This document shows, piece by piece, positions 1-12,996 of a stretch of DNA of 64,000 nt (its first letter is position 1; the number at the start of each line of letters is the position of its first letter). Source of the DNA: the human T2T-CHM13v2.0 reference genome, Homo sapiens; NCBI GenBank assembly GCA_009914755.4, contig CP068257.2, positions 31,936,001 to 32,000,000 on the forward strand, read 5' to 3'. The notes under the pieces are model-generated. The model was given only the letters and a program-made list of their open reading frames with translations. It was not told where the DNA came from and made no database searches. A program made the position numbers and the translations under genes.

Positions 1-1231
1 TCCACCAGTCCTAGTGGTGGTAGTGAAGCTGACATTGAAGGGCCTTTGCCTGCTAAAGATATTCATCTTGATTTACCATCTAATAATAACCTTGTTAGTA
101 AGGATACAGAAGAACCATTACCTGTAAAAGAGAGTGACCAGACATTAGCAGCTCTGCTCAGCCCTAAAGAAAGTAGTGGAGGAGAAAAAGAAGTACCTCC
201 CCCTCCTAAAGAGACACTGCCTGATTCAGGATTTTCTGCCAATATTGAGGATATTAATGAAGCAGATTTAGTGAGACCGTTACTTCCTAAGGACATGGAA
301 CGTCTTACAAGCCTTAGAGCTGGCATTGAAGGACCTTTACTTGCAAGTGATGTTGGACGTGACAGATCTGCTGCCAGCCCGGTTGTAAGTAGTATGCCAG
401 AAAGAGCTTCAGAGTCTTCTTCAGAGGAAAAAGATGATTATGAAATTTTTGTAAAAGTTAAGGACACTCACGAAAAAAGCAAGAAAAATAAGAACCGTGA
501 TAAGGGGGAGAAAGAGAAGAAAAGAGACTCTTCATTAAGATCTCGAAGTAAGCGTTCCAAATCTTCTGAACACAAATCACGCAAGCGTACCAGTGAATCT
601 CGTTCTAGGGCAAGAAAGAGATCATCTAAGTCCAAGTCTCATCGCTCTCAGACACGTTCACGGTCACGTTCAAGACGCAGGAGGAGAAGCAGCAGATCAA
701 GATCAAAGTCTAGAGGAAGAAGATCTGTATCAAAAGAGAAGCGCAAAAGATCTCCAAAGCACAGATCCAAGTCTAGGGAAAGAAAAAGAAAAAGATCAAG
801 CTCCAGGGATAACCGAAAGACAGTTAGAGCTCGAAGTCGAACCCCAAGTCGTCGGAGTCGGAGTCATACTCCAAGTCGTCGACGAAGGTCTAGATCTGTG
901 GGTAGAAGAAGGAGCTTTAGCATTTCCCCAAGCCGCCGCAGCCGCACCCCCAGCCGCCGCAGCCGCACCCCCAGCCGCCGCAGCCGCACCCCCAGCCGCC
1001 GCAGCCGCACCCCCAGCCGCCGGAGCCGCACCCCTAGCCGTCGGAGCCGCACCCCAAGCCGCCGGAGAAGATCAAGGTCTGTGGTAAGAAGACGAAGCTT
1101 CAGTATCTCACCAGTCAGATTAAGGCGATCAAGAACACCCTTAAGAAGAAGGTTTAGCAGATCTCCCATCCGTCGTAAAAGATCCAGGTCTTCTGAACGA
1201 GGCAGATCACCCAAACGTCTGACAGATTTGG
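1..1231 (+). CDS. SON: SON exon 3, 3' part of the giant exon (RS / arginine-serine repeat domain). Partial CDS entering from upstream of the window; codon phase 0 at base 1.
   Basis: Open frame over 1..1231 translating ...SRRSRTPSRRSRTP...RSPKRLTDL. The exon ends with G (first base of the Asp codon) before a GTGAGT donor at 1232. The protein continues seamlessly into the next exon (LTDL-DKAQLLEI). Confidence 0.92.
926..1068 (+). repeat. SON: 21-bp tandem DNA repeat (about 6.8 copies) encoding the (PSRRSRT)n heptad array of the SON RS domain
   Basis: CCCCAGCCGCCGCAGCCGCAC repeated head-to-tail inside SON exon 3. Confidence 0.9.
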
Positions 1232-2254
1232 GTGAGTCATTTTAAAGTTTAATGGGATGGTAGTAGAAAATGTTTTAAACCTTAATTTTTTTCTGACCTT
1301 GAGTCAAGTGAAATACTTAGTTACTGGTTTAGGATAAATGTTTCTGTCTTTAAGTTTTTATTATTACATGGTACTGTATTTAGGAACTACTGGGATCAGT
1401 GTATTATAATTAGAGTTAAAAAGTCCTGTTTCAGAGTATAATAGAACCAAGGTGTTTCCATATTTGAATGTTTTATTTTGTTTTAGTTATCTTGCCATAG
1501 CTAAAAATTGAAAGCAGAAACAGATGTAGAACTCTAGCTAAATTAAAAACAAGCTAAGTATATGCTCAGATTGTTATTGTATGTGTTCTAACATACATCC
1601 TTGCAACTAAGCCTAAAATTACAATGTTCCTTTTTAAATAAGTTAACATATCTTAAAATGGCATTATAGGACTGTTAAATGAAGGTAATTCTGATTGGTA
1701 TAGTTGGTAATGGAAGTGAGTGGGGAATTTTGCGTGTGGGGGTTATTTAATTGGGTAGGTGATACTAGCTAAATAAAGTTAAATATTTTAGATCAGTGTG
1801 ATTTTTAATAACCTGTTCTGCTTTACTTTAAAGATAACTGTTCTAATTTCCCCTGATTTTTAGTGTGCAGAGGTGATTAAAACTTGATCGATATGAATGA
1901 TTACCTATAATAAATATGGATAATTTATCCTTATCCCAGTATACTGGACATTTCTAGGCCAGGATTGTCTAAAGAAGAAGAGGTTAAGAGTAAAAAGGGA
2001 GAATCTGCATTCAGTTCAACAGAAGTTTTCTGAGTTCTTTTTTATTCACAGCAGAGGAACAGTATGTAATTCCTCAAGTGATTGCAAGTGGTGGAGGAGA
2101 CATGGGTAAAATGCATATATGTCTCTCTTATAGTAACACTGTCTAAAAAGGACAGAATGTGATTACTATAATACTGATAGAGGTGAGGTACTTTAGGAAC
2201 ACAATGGGAAAAGGGGAAAAGGAATGTTAATTCTGACTTAATGACAGCTTGTTA

Positions 2255-2568
<314 letters not shown>

Positions 2569-2995
2569 GAGGTGGCACTTGAACTGGGGCTCAAAGAGTG
2601 ATTTAAGGTGTCAGAAGGAGAGTAAGGTCATGATAATTTTGTGAAATGAAATAGGCTTTGGCAGGTTTATATCTTAGAGTGTGTGTAGTAGGGTGATCAT
2701 TATAGTTGTGTAGTAACCTATTGTAATATTCTAATGGGAAGCTCAATATGTGGACTTAATTCCCTGAATGAGGCCACTGCTGAAAAACTTTGAGCCAGTG
2801 GTTTGATCATAGCTGTAACTTAGAGCAGAATATTGATGCCTATAGTTTTTTCCTTTTTTTTTTTCTTTTTTGTTAGATACCCAAGTTCTTCGATGGATCT
2901 AGGATGCCTTTAGTTTTGTTAGTATGTTAGACTTTTGGTAATACAAAATGTACAGTCTTTTAGGAAAACTGCAGCTTGTATTTTTCTTCTTACAG

Positions 2996-3156
2996 ATAAG
3001 GCTCAATTACTTGAAATAGCCAAAGCTAATGCAGCTGCCATGTGTGCTAAGGCTGGTGTCCCTTTACCACCAAACCTAAAGCCTGCACCTCCACCTACTA
3101 TAGAAGAGAAAGTTGCTAAAAAGTCAGGAGGAGCTACTATAGAAGAACTAACTGAG
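2996..3156 (+). CDS. SON: SON exon 4 (..DKAQLLEIAKANAAAMCAKAGVPLPPNLKPAPPPTIEEKVAKKSGGATIEELTE)
   Basis: Acceptor tcttacAG|AT at 2994-2995. Donor GAG|GTAAGC at 3157. 161 nt = 2+53 codons, phase-consistent with exon 3. Confidence 0.9.
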
Positions 3157-3221
3157 GTAAGCTAGACAGAATTTGTTTTCATTCTTAAATGGATTATTCC
3201 AGTGATGTTGACTCTGGAGCG

Positions 3222-3714
3222 TGCCAAAACCCGAATTGTGGGCAGAACTGATAATGGCTGGCACCGAGTGGCCAAAACCCGAAATACAGATGTGGCAGCG
3301 GCAGAAGCTCTGTTTAGCAGGCCATTATCCGGGATGGCTAAGCTCCGCTAGCTAAAAGTTACTTCCCATTACTTTTGCTTTCCAGTTTTAGAAGCCAAAC
3401 TGACTGAGGAGTGGGACGGTTCGTTTGAATGGAGGAGGTGTTGAGTGAGCAACACGCAGAAGCTCGCCTACAGTTTCGTTTCCATTCACGACGCGTTCAC
3501 TGATCGCCACGAGTATACTGCATATACGCAAAGACACAGACAATCTTCAGAAATGATCTTTTGCCACCGGAGCTTGGAAATTAATAAGAATAGCTGGCCA
3601 TTGCCTGAAAGGAACTTCTTTCGCATCAACATTTCGGGTTTTGGCTGTTTGGTACCAGCCATTGGCGATAATGGCCGGCCATTATCAGTTCTTCCTGCGG
3701 TTCGGGTTTTGGCA
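3222..3714. mobile_element. Unclassified 493-bp CpG-rich element bounded by about 36-bp terminal inverted repeats, with nested sub-repeats. MITE-like, or a long intronic hairpin. It does not match the Alu, L1, MIR, hAT or MER motifs I recognise.
   Basis: The ends are TGCCAAAACCCGAA (3222-3235) and its reverse complement TTCGGGTTTTGGCA (3701-3714). The 13-mer GCCAAAACCCGAA occurs twice directly on the left and twice inverted on the right. CTGATAATGGC and GCCATTATCAG motifs are present, along with the perfect 18-bp palindrome ATAATGGCCGGCCATTAT near 3667-3684. There are about 25 CpGs in 493 bp (observed/expected about 0.8), whereas the flanking intron is CpG-poor. Confidence 0.5.
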
Positions 3715-4744
3715 GTAACATATATATTTTAAACACACTTATTTTTGTTTTTAAAAGTTTGATCTTTTCAATTGAGGCTTTTTTGGGGCTTTGTTTTATT
3801 ACTATTTTTTTGGTGTGGGTGGATGGGGGGAGATGCTAAAATATTGCTGCTAGGATCCAGAAATACCACACTGTTTCATATATTGGAACTTGTTATTGGC
3901 TAGCCTTATGCCAGCCTGCCACTGTCAATATATTCTGTTCCCCTTGGTTACAAGCTTAATATACTCTTGTGTTTTTGGCGAAATGAGCTTTTTATCCTAT
4001 TGTAATATTTTCAATTGATAATAGATGTCATTAAATCTACTGCTTGTATAGAGACAGGTGTACCCAAATTTACTCTTGACCTTTTTATAAAGCCAGGTAA
4101 TGGAGTCTGTTCCTTTGCATCTCAGGAAGGAATTGACTTTGCTTTATGTATCAGACCTCATCAATTGCACCCTCTCCATCATGCCTTATTTTCCTAAGTT
4201 CTCCTTAAAGAAACTCAACCCACAAAACATTTATGGAGAGACATGTTGCTATCTAATCCTGTTGCAAATATTTCAGATCTTTTGTTTTGCCATACATCTG
4301 GGAAAATGTAAAGCTTCTGAATCTGTTTCCTCACTTAGATTTATTACAATATGAATTACAACTTTTTTTAAAAAATTAAGGACCTTGTAAACGCTTCTAT
4401 TGCTTATTTACCTAATCCAAGCTCCTTATCCAAAATGCTAAGGACAGTTAGTATTTTGCTGTTTTCGGCCCCATCTTCAGCCTTCTTGTCCCAAGTTTCT
4501 TCTCACCTTTTTACCACCACCTGACTAGGATGACTTCTCCTTTCCCTACCAGTCTTTGTTCTTTACTATGAAAATCTGGCTTAGAACTCTTCAAGGAATA
4601 TTCCTTGATTCTCTAACTCTGCCTGACTATTCTCTCTTAAGCCTTTGTTCTTTTAGCACTTATGTACTCAGTTTGTATTATATCAGTTTGCACTTGTTAT
4701 TGTGTTGCTCTGTAAAAGTGTTCAATTATTTCATGTATATGTAT

Positions 4745-4905
4745 TCCTTCTCTTGTACTAGATTGTAAGCTCCTTGAGAGCAGGGACCATGTCTTCTACT
4801 TTTTTTTTTTTTTTTTTTTTTTGTATTCCCCAGACAGTGCCCAGTACAGTGCTCTCTCTGCACATAGTAGGTGCTCAATAAATGTTGTTGACTGACTGAC
4901 CAGCC
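4745..4905 (+). mobile_element. MIR (3' region), interrupted by a poly-T stretch
   Basis: ..gattgtaagctccttgagagcagggac..cagtgc..gcacatagtaggtgctcaataaatgttgttgactgactga matches the MIR consensus. Confidence 0.7.
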
Positions 4906-5069
4906 AGAGTGTGTTTAAATAGTAGTTAATATGCCAAGTTACGTATCTATAACCTATCATGAATCTTGTTTAACTTTGGAAAGTTGCTATTATGTGGTTT
5001 TGATTCTAAGAAATTACATGTTCTACATAAAGCGTAAGATTTATCTTTTGTTTGTTTTTACTTTTAAAG

Positions 5070-5216
5070 AAATGTAAACAGATCGCACAGAGTAAAGAAG
5101 ATGATGATGTAATAGTGAATAAACCTCATGTTTCGGATGAAGAGGAAGAAGAACCTCCTTTTTATCATCATCCCTTTAAACTCAGTGAACCCAAACCTAT
5201 TTTTTTCAATCTGAAT
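5070..5216 (+). CDS. SON: SON exon 5 (KCKQIAQSKEDDDVIVNKPHVSDEEEEEPPFYHHPFKLSEPKPIFFNLN)
   Basis: Acceptor cttttaaAG|A. Donor AAT|GTGAGT at 5217. 147 nt = 49 codons. Confidence 0.9.
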
Positions 5217-5426
5217 GTGAGTATTAGTGCTTATGGATTGGTAAAACAGTGTAACTTGTGGAACTATTTAAATAAAACCCAAATCGAATTTAGTTTATTA
5301 ATTTTTGTTTTAAATACTGTGAGAAATAATGGATAATATCATTTCCTTCAGATTATGTAGAAAATCTCAAACCATTTAATGTAGATATCATATTGAGCTT
5401 TAATTAAGAAACACTTTATTTTTTAG

Positions 5427-5615
5427 ATTGCTGCAGCAAAACCAACTCCACCAAAAAGCCAGGTAACATTAACAAAAGAATTCCCTGTATCATCTGGATC
5501 TCAACATCGGAAAAAAGAAGCGGATAGTGTTTATGGAGAATGGGTTCCTGTGGAGAAAAATGGTGAAGAAAACAAAGATGATGATAATGTTTTCAGCAGC
5601 AATTTGCCCTCAGAG
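5427..5615 (+). CDS. SON: SON exon 6 (IAAAKPTPPKSQV...NVFSSNLPSE)
   Basis: Acceptor ttttAG|ATT. Donor GAG|GTAAGT at 5616. 189 nt = 63 codons. Confidence 0.9.
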
Positions 5616-5716
5616 GTAAGTAGGAGGAATATTATGTATTTTTCCTTTTTTATACCTGAATCTGCCATTTCATTGTTATGTTATGTCTGATTTGGATTCT
5701 GTTTCACTCTTCTTAG

Positions 5717-5971
5717 GGCCGGGTTAAACGGCAGGGCCGGGTTAGACGACAGATGAAACAACCCGCAGCTTCTCATTTGACAGTAACTCGATGCAATTCA
5801 CTTTGTGGAACCAAGCCACAAAGTGAAAAGCATCGAATTGCAGAGAACAGTGTTATCACATCCCTACCCAACATTGGGCCCTCCCTGCACTTGTGGGAAG
5901 GTAGTCCAAGGTACAACTATTTAGCTTCCCGATTTGCTTCAAGGCTCTATAGCTCTAGATTTTGGTGGTAG
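5717..5971 (+). CDS. SON: Candidate alternative terminal coding exon of SON. Spliced after exon 6 it would add an 84-aa tail, GRVKRQGRVRRQMKQPAAS...SRFWW*. A 3'UTR would then follow to poly(A) signals at 6484 / 6787.
   Basis: A strong acceptor tgtttcactcttcttAG|GGC sits at 5715-5716, in phase with the phase-0 end of exon 6. The frame stays open for 255 nt to a TAG at 5969-5971. AATAAA lies at 6484-6489 and 6787-6792. The composition is CpG-rich and unlike the surrounding intron. Confidence 0.4.
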   Translation, partial: GRVKRQGRVRRQMKQPAASHLTVTRCNSLCGTKPQSEKHRIAENSVITSLPNIGPSLHLWEGSPRYNYLASRFASRLYSSRFWW

Positions 5972-8900
5972 CAAATTTATCGGGTGGAGGGATTGATCGG
6001 AGAGGGCAGATCCTCAGGTTCAACACAAGAACTGGATTGGAAAAGGTCATTGTAGGTTGATGTGAGCATCTTGGGTACATAGCCCATTGCCCTTAATGAT
6101 GGTTTCTTACTGTTTCTCTGGGTTGTTTGTCAGATAGCCTTTAATTTTAATTATTTTTCCTTCCCTTTGCTACCTTGGCCCTTTTAAATTCTTGTGTTTA
6201 ACCTAATGCTCAGCCTTGGTACTCCATTCCCTTCTCCTTCCCCTCTTTGCTACTATTAAAAGTCGGAGAAGTGGAATTCAAACGTTGAAATTTCCACGGG
6301 GCTATAGTTGTATCTTAATAATGCCAAGTGTCAAAACAACCCCATTAAAATGCCGCCTGATTAAATAATGTGCTGCTAAATATAGTGCACATGAAAACAG
6401 CAAGACTGTATATATATGTAAATATATATATATATCTGTATCTTTGTATGTATCTCTGTATCTGTACCTTTGCTGTATCTTTTAATAAACAGTTTACTTT
6501 TATTTAACTTGTTGTGCAAAATCACGCTTGGGGGATGTGGGAGGGTGGAGTCTTAATAGGGGGGTGGGAGTTTTAATTACTATAGATTAGTTGTCATCGC
6601 CTCTTGCCCTTGGTTTCCAAAGCCCAGACTTTTGCCAAGGACTGGACTAGGTATCTGATGCCCATCTGGACATTTTTCTTGCAGTTCTTGGATATGTAGA
6701 TCAGAGACACCTGTACTCTTCACTGTAGGTTCCCTTCCTTGGCTTGGCCATATCATCATCTTCCAGTAAACACCTCCAATTCTACAAATAAATCCTGTTT
6801 ATAAAATCAGAAAGTGAACAGAACCCAAATCAGAAACTTTTTGATAGCAGTACTTTTCTCCCCAAGCTATTCACAGCTGACATTTTCACTTTTTTTTTGT
6901 TTGTTTGACCTGCAGCATTTTGAGAGAACAAGTTCTGTACAATGAAGCTGGACATGATAACTAGCCAGTGCAACTTACAGTTACTGGTGATAATCTGTAT
7001 TCCCATGGGATTCAACAAGTGAAGCAAGTTATGCCATCACCAGTTAAGAGGGAGATAGTTGGTTTGGATAATATTTTAGTGAGACCATTTGAGTTGTTAA
7101 TCCCCCAATCAGGCTACCTGCATATCTCAAGAGAGAAAGGTTAACTGACATGTGCAGCTGACTTAATCTTCTTGTAGTAGCTGAATAGAAACCATGATAA
7201 GAGGGTTGAACAGGCTTACTTAGAAATCCTAATATGTATGCTTTTAGTAATTTCCTGCAGTTTAAGCATTTAAAAAAGAGTTGGAAAAAAAAATAGGTAG
7301 GGAGAGAGTCTGTATGACAAATATTTTCCACTGAAGACTTAACAAATATTGCAGAATTCCAAGGGATCTTCCTGAGAAGATAAGTGAGCATAACTGTTTT
7401 GAATTTCTTCGGTTCAATCATGGGGAAAGTGCTTAGTAACTCCTGATGCTTACACTTTTTTGAGAGAGAGAGAGTGTGTGTGTGCGTCTATTTATTTGAA
7501 ATTTAGTACTCAGCCATTTTCAATCTTAACACTGAGTGTGGTGCCTTAGCCTTGTTTGTCATCAAAAGTTGTCAGATTTTAATTAAAGGTTGAGGAGAAT
7601 TATTCTTAAATCTGGTGGGAAAAGTTGATAGAGAAAGGTACTCAAATAATGGTGACATTATTTTTTGTTAAAAAAATTTTTTTTCTTACCAAAGAAGAAT
7701 CCTAGAAGGTAAAATTATTTTACAATTCTTTTCAAAGGGCTAAATGAATAAAGCAGATGATGTCTCTTGTGGGACGATATATGTAACTATTTGATATAAA
7801 ACCTCTTTAAGCTGCTTAGAAGATTAGACTCAAAAGAACATACAGATTAATTCTAAAGAAGAGAATCCCAAAATACAAGGGCAAAGAGGCAGGATTGCCT
7901 TTTGCTTTCATATCTGCACTTTTACCTGGCAATAATGTTAAAATGTGTAGAGGAAATAGTCACAATTTAAAATGTTTAGTTCCAGTTATTTAGTGACCAT
8001 CTAAATATACTATATTGTATATATAGAAGGTAAAAGTAATGAATTTATTATTTATACAATTAGTGTTATATATACCAATGTTGTGAAATACTTTTGGTAA
8101 CACTTCGTGGGAGCATTAACCCTTTTGATTCCTTGTTAGAGTTTGAAATAAAGGCTTCTAGAGTAAAAGGAGATAGTTCTTTTAAATGGTCAACCTTTGA
8201 ACTGAATAGTAATTTTTATCTATGCCTTTTTCATTTTAATAAATATAAATGGAGTTTGTGGTTCTTTGTTGTTGAGCATAAAACATTTAGGCAAAGATCA
8301 CAGATTTTATCTCCATAAGAGGGCTGAATTAGCTTTGCTGTAATCCCTAATCCCACCAATTGTCTTGCATATGAATGCTCTTTGACATGAGTATGAATGG
8401 ATAGACATTGTGGATGAAGCAGCATAAATTCATTTCTTATGGAAAAACAACTCATCAGACTGTGTGCGGTACTGCCATAGCATCGTCTTCATACTCAGAA
8501 ACCAGCCAGCATCATCCTCAGTAAGGAGTGACTACAGAACTTTGACTGTATTTGTGTGAATTTGATTTATAAACAATGAAATAAAATGTTGGAAAACTAA
8601 TATTTTAAAAATAGTCCTCAGGGGCATTAATTCTTGGTAATAAAGTTAGTAGAGGTTTATTGAGTAGAAGATTAGGATGTAATCTTTGACATAAGTGGAG
8701 TAGTAACTACTCAACTATTAGTGTGGAGTTTTCATGGATTTAGTATCAATCAAATGTTTTAGGGGTCCAGAGGTAGTATTGTTAAGGTCTAGTGAATGCT
8801 TAGATGTTAAGATCATCTTTATGTTAAGCAGTTTACTGGTTTGTATTTATCAAATCATATTTCCACATCCCAATGGAATTACAATTTTTTTAAATTTATA

Positions 8901-10405
8901 AGCTCTAAATGTATAGGAAAACTTGGAGAAAAATGAAAATTTTAATTGGAAATTAAACACATAGGTCCCGGCACTGCTAGAATGTGTAATATACAGCCTT
9001 GTTATTCTTTCCTTCCTAGATTCTCTTATGTGGTTAACGCTGAATTTCTCTGAACCATTTAGTAGGTTATCTATTTGTTTTCCCGTTGTACTTCATTTAG
9101 TCTATTATACACTAGAGAATTTTGTATGATACAATAAAAAGATTCGTAATTCACTTTTTAAAGCCAACCAAACACATAACTGGGACATTCTGTGGCTTTT
9201 ATTTTTGTAGTTGTCATTTTGCTCTTGTATGCATTAACCTCTTTATATTTTAATATTTGCTAAATATTCTAAAATCATGTTTTATATACAGGCCAGATGC
9301 TTTTACCTTAGGTCTATTTTCTTATAATTAAAGTTTTCCTTTTATGCCTGCTTTTGAGATATCTGTGATTACCAATAATAGAAAATAATTTTCTGGTTAT
9401 AGGTATTTTCCTTATCTGACTCACCCCATCCTAACAATTATCTTTAGCTCTTTTATATCCTTTCACTGATATTCTAAGAAGTCTCTTAAAATATTGTTCT
9501 TTTTATGTCAACAGTTGTGTTAACAAAAGGAGTAAATGGATTTAGAAGAATTTCCTAAATGAGAAATAAAAATGTAAAAGGCTCACTTAAATGTATTAAT
9601 ATAGGTCATGAAATGCATGTTATATGGTGCCAGTTGCATTATGGTAATTTCATTATGCCTCAGACACCTTTGTAGGTTTTATAAGAAGTAGTTGTCTGCT
9701 TTCTTGCTGAGGGAGAGAGAGTGAAGAATTTGGGCAGTTTTTATTTACCTGAGATTTGTAATTCAGGACACTTTTTATGTAAATTTCACCTTTTAGAGCA
9801 AAGGTGAAAAGTCAGTAAACATTTCCCCCATTATCATACCTAGAATATTACTACAGAATTATTTTTATACACTAGGTAACATGCTAGTCTTATAGTGTAT
9901 TGGTAGAAACTAAGGCTTGTTGGTGACAGCTTGGTAATAGTATTCTACAGATTAAAGATTCTCTTTTTCCCAGTTTTTGGAGGGGCCTTTTACCATCATT
10001 TTGGTGCCTTTCTTATATTTCCAGTTTCTGAATATTAAACGACAGTTAAGATTCTAAAGCTCTATTGTCCAATACAGCAGTTACCAGCCCCTGAAAAATC
10101 AGGTTTTTAATCACACTAGTTACATTTCAAGTGCTCAGTAGTGATCACTGTAAGAAGTTGTACTGGGCAATGCTGCTCTAAAGGGTAGCTGTGGTATTAT
10201 GAGTGTTTCAATACTGATAAGTAACATCGGGTTTGACCCTTAAACATTGCTGCTTTGGGGATTGTATTGGCTTTTTATGCCTCATTGTATAACTTGAGTT
10301 ACCTTGAAAGGCTGGAAACAGGCTTTTTGATGTAAACTTTTGAGGATCTTTATGAGGTTAAGATAATCTTGATTCATTCTACTTTGAGTATATGTTTTCG
10401 CATTA

Positions 10406-10721
<316 letters not shown>

Positions 10722-12996
10722 TGAAACCAGTAGTCAAATTACTATTTGGTAATACATTTTTGACATGAACTTGCAGCTCCCTTGGTAAGTCTGTTGAAGA
10801 GTAAATGAAGTTTTACTACCTCAGGAAAAACATAGTTGTAATTTTATTTAAATATCAAGGTTGCTATAATAAAATTCCTTTCAGAATCATGAGTTTAATA
10901 TGAAACACTAAGATTTGAAGAGTTTCATTCTGGGGATAAATGGTGAGGCATTTAGGTTAAACGTTTAATAAAGGCTAAGAGAGAAGAACATTCGCAGGTG
11001 TAATAGTTTGCTTTCCACTTGGAAAGAATTAGTTTTATTCTAGAAGTTATATTTTAGAGCCATCTGAATAGATGAGTAGCTAATTTATAGTTGGAAATTA
11101 GGGATCAGGAGTTGGGATAGTGGGTAGACACATTTTCCCCAGTATCCTCAGATTTTAGCCTTGTTAGAATAAAAGCCTATTATTTATGCCTAAGCACCCT
11201 AACACTTAGATTTATAGAGACTGCTAGGAAAAGCAAAGTAAGTGTGAGAAGGTTAATGAGACAGTACTTGTCGCATCTTGTGTGCCTTCAAAAATTACCT
11301 TGATAATCCTACCTGACAAAACATCTTAAGGTAGGCCTAGGGGGACATGAATTTTCACCTGAAATATCTGCATTCTCATTAAAGTCCCAGGAATCAAACA
11401 GACTTAAGTGAAAGATGACATACTAAGTTTCTTAGTGTTTCAATCTCACTTTGCTTAGATTAATATTTCTAATAGGTCTTAGAATTGTTCTAATTTGTGT
11501 GATGATTTACTTAAATCAACTTAGCGAAATTACAGTTGAGAGATTCAATTTGAAAGATGCATTCTGCAGTTGATTAGACTGTTTATAGATCTCTAGAAAG
11601 ATTTATATATTAACATAAACAGTCTTAATTACAGAAAGGATTAATTTTGTTTTCATTTTAAGAAGGCATTGTATCAGAATCCATACTTAAAGAAAAACCT
11701 TGAGTTAGCTAAAGGAATATTAGTTTATTAGCAAGGTAACTAAGAATTATGGAGGATTAGGGGTTCTGAAGGTAAGAAAGATTTGTGAATCCTTATGCAT
11801 GAGTTATAATTATTCTCATAGTCATACAGCCTTCTCTACTAGACAGGTCTTATTCTTAAGAGAAGTCTTTTATACATGATACATAGTCTTAATTACAGCT
11901 AGCCTCTACTTGTAAAAAAGAAAATCCTTAGCCGTTAGCTATTTACTGACTTCCCCGTATTTGTTATGTTCATGCAGTGTCTACTTATTCTTTGTATATG
12001 AAAACAGCAAAATCTTCCATGTCAGATAAGCATTTTACAAAAATGAATTTTCTTGTGTGAGATAACTAGGAAATAATAATAATGTTAAAAGAAGGACAAA
12101 AACCAAGAAATGAGTTGATAAAAATCAACTCGAGCTTTTAATTTTAGAACAAAAAAAATAACAAATACTTATCTTGATGTGTTTTTCATTCTGTGGTTAA
12201 ACCTTCCACAAATCTGACAAATTAAGAATTGGCTCCAAAGATTACTTTGAAAAAAAAAGTTTCTTCCACTTGCCGTAAGGTTTTAAAAGGTAGAATATGA
12301 GCTTTGAAAAGAAACAAAAGTGTTTCAGTTGATGTTATGGACTTCCACAGAAATATTGTAATTATAAATAGTGTAATATACTTAATATAAGTAATAAGTG
12401 TGTATAAACTGAAAACATGGTTCATTTATTTATATCCTGAATATATTGTTTAAAGAAATTGGGTTCTTAAGACCAAAGTGTCCACAACTGGAAGATGTTA
12501 AAGATACGCTGATGAGTAAAGGAGTGATCATAGTGGTTTTCTGCTTGCTTGTTCAGTAATTTTGCTTACTGCTCTTGAAGGTTATGCTAATGAGTAAAAT
12601 GAAAACTGCTAAGGAATGTAATAACCTTACCACAGTTCAAAAAATTTGCAGTTTACTATAAATGGCTTTCAATCATGAAGAGTAGCGAGTTTTAAGTTCT
12701 TAATGGAACTTTCTATGATTATAGTTTGATATATATATATAATAGAAAATTGACTAAATTCAGTCAGATTTTGGGTTCAGTTCTGCGACCTGTGTGATAC
12801 TTTGTAATTTATCTTAATCCTCTTCTGTTTTCCAAGATTACTTTCTCTTTCTGAGTCTTCTCCCTGTTTTCCAAGATTATTAGTATTATAAGACTATTAT
12901 TTTGTTTTTGATATGTAGCAACTAAAGATATGAGTACTTTTCAGAATTTAGGGGACTATGGTAATTTGAGATAATTATCTCTGTTTTCTTTCTTAG

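Noticed and set aside
63-1214. ORFs 63-326(-), 593-1087(+) and 864-1214(-) overlapping SON exon 3
   Set aside because: These are alternate-frame or antisense readings of the low-complexity RS-repeat DNA (poly-Ala/Pro and Leu-Arg repeats). The SON frame is established by continuity with downstream exons.
3222-3714. CRISPR-like array interpretation of the repeated 13-mer GCCAAAACCCGAA
   Set aside because: There are only four copies. They are arranged as two direct plus two inverted copies at the element ends, so they are terminal-repeat architecture and not a repeat-spacer array. The context is eukaryotic.
3445-3732. 95-aa ORF inside the inverted-repeat element
   Set aside because: It starts at GTG (the ORF track uses alternative starts) and runs through the right terminal inverted repeat into flanking intron. 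It has no recognisable domain and no splice context.
3157-3760. Whether SON intron 4 hosts an annotated miRNA hairpin
   Set aside because: I cannot confirm any miRNA sequence from memory. The element is far longer than a pre-miRNA, so no call is made.
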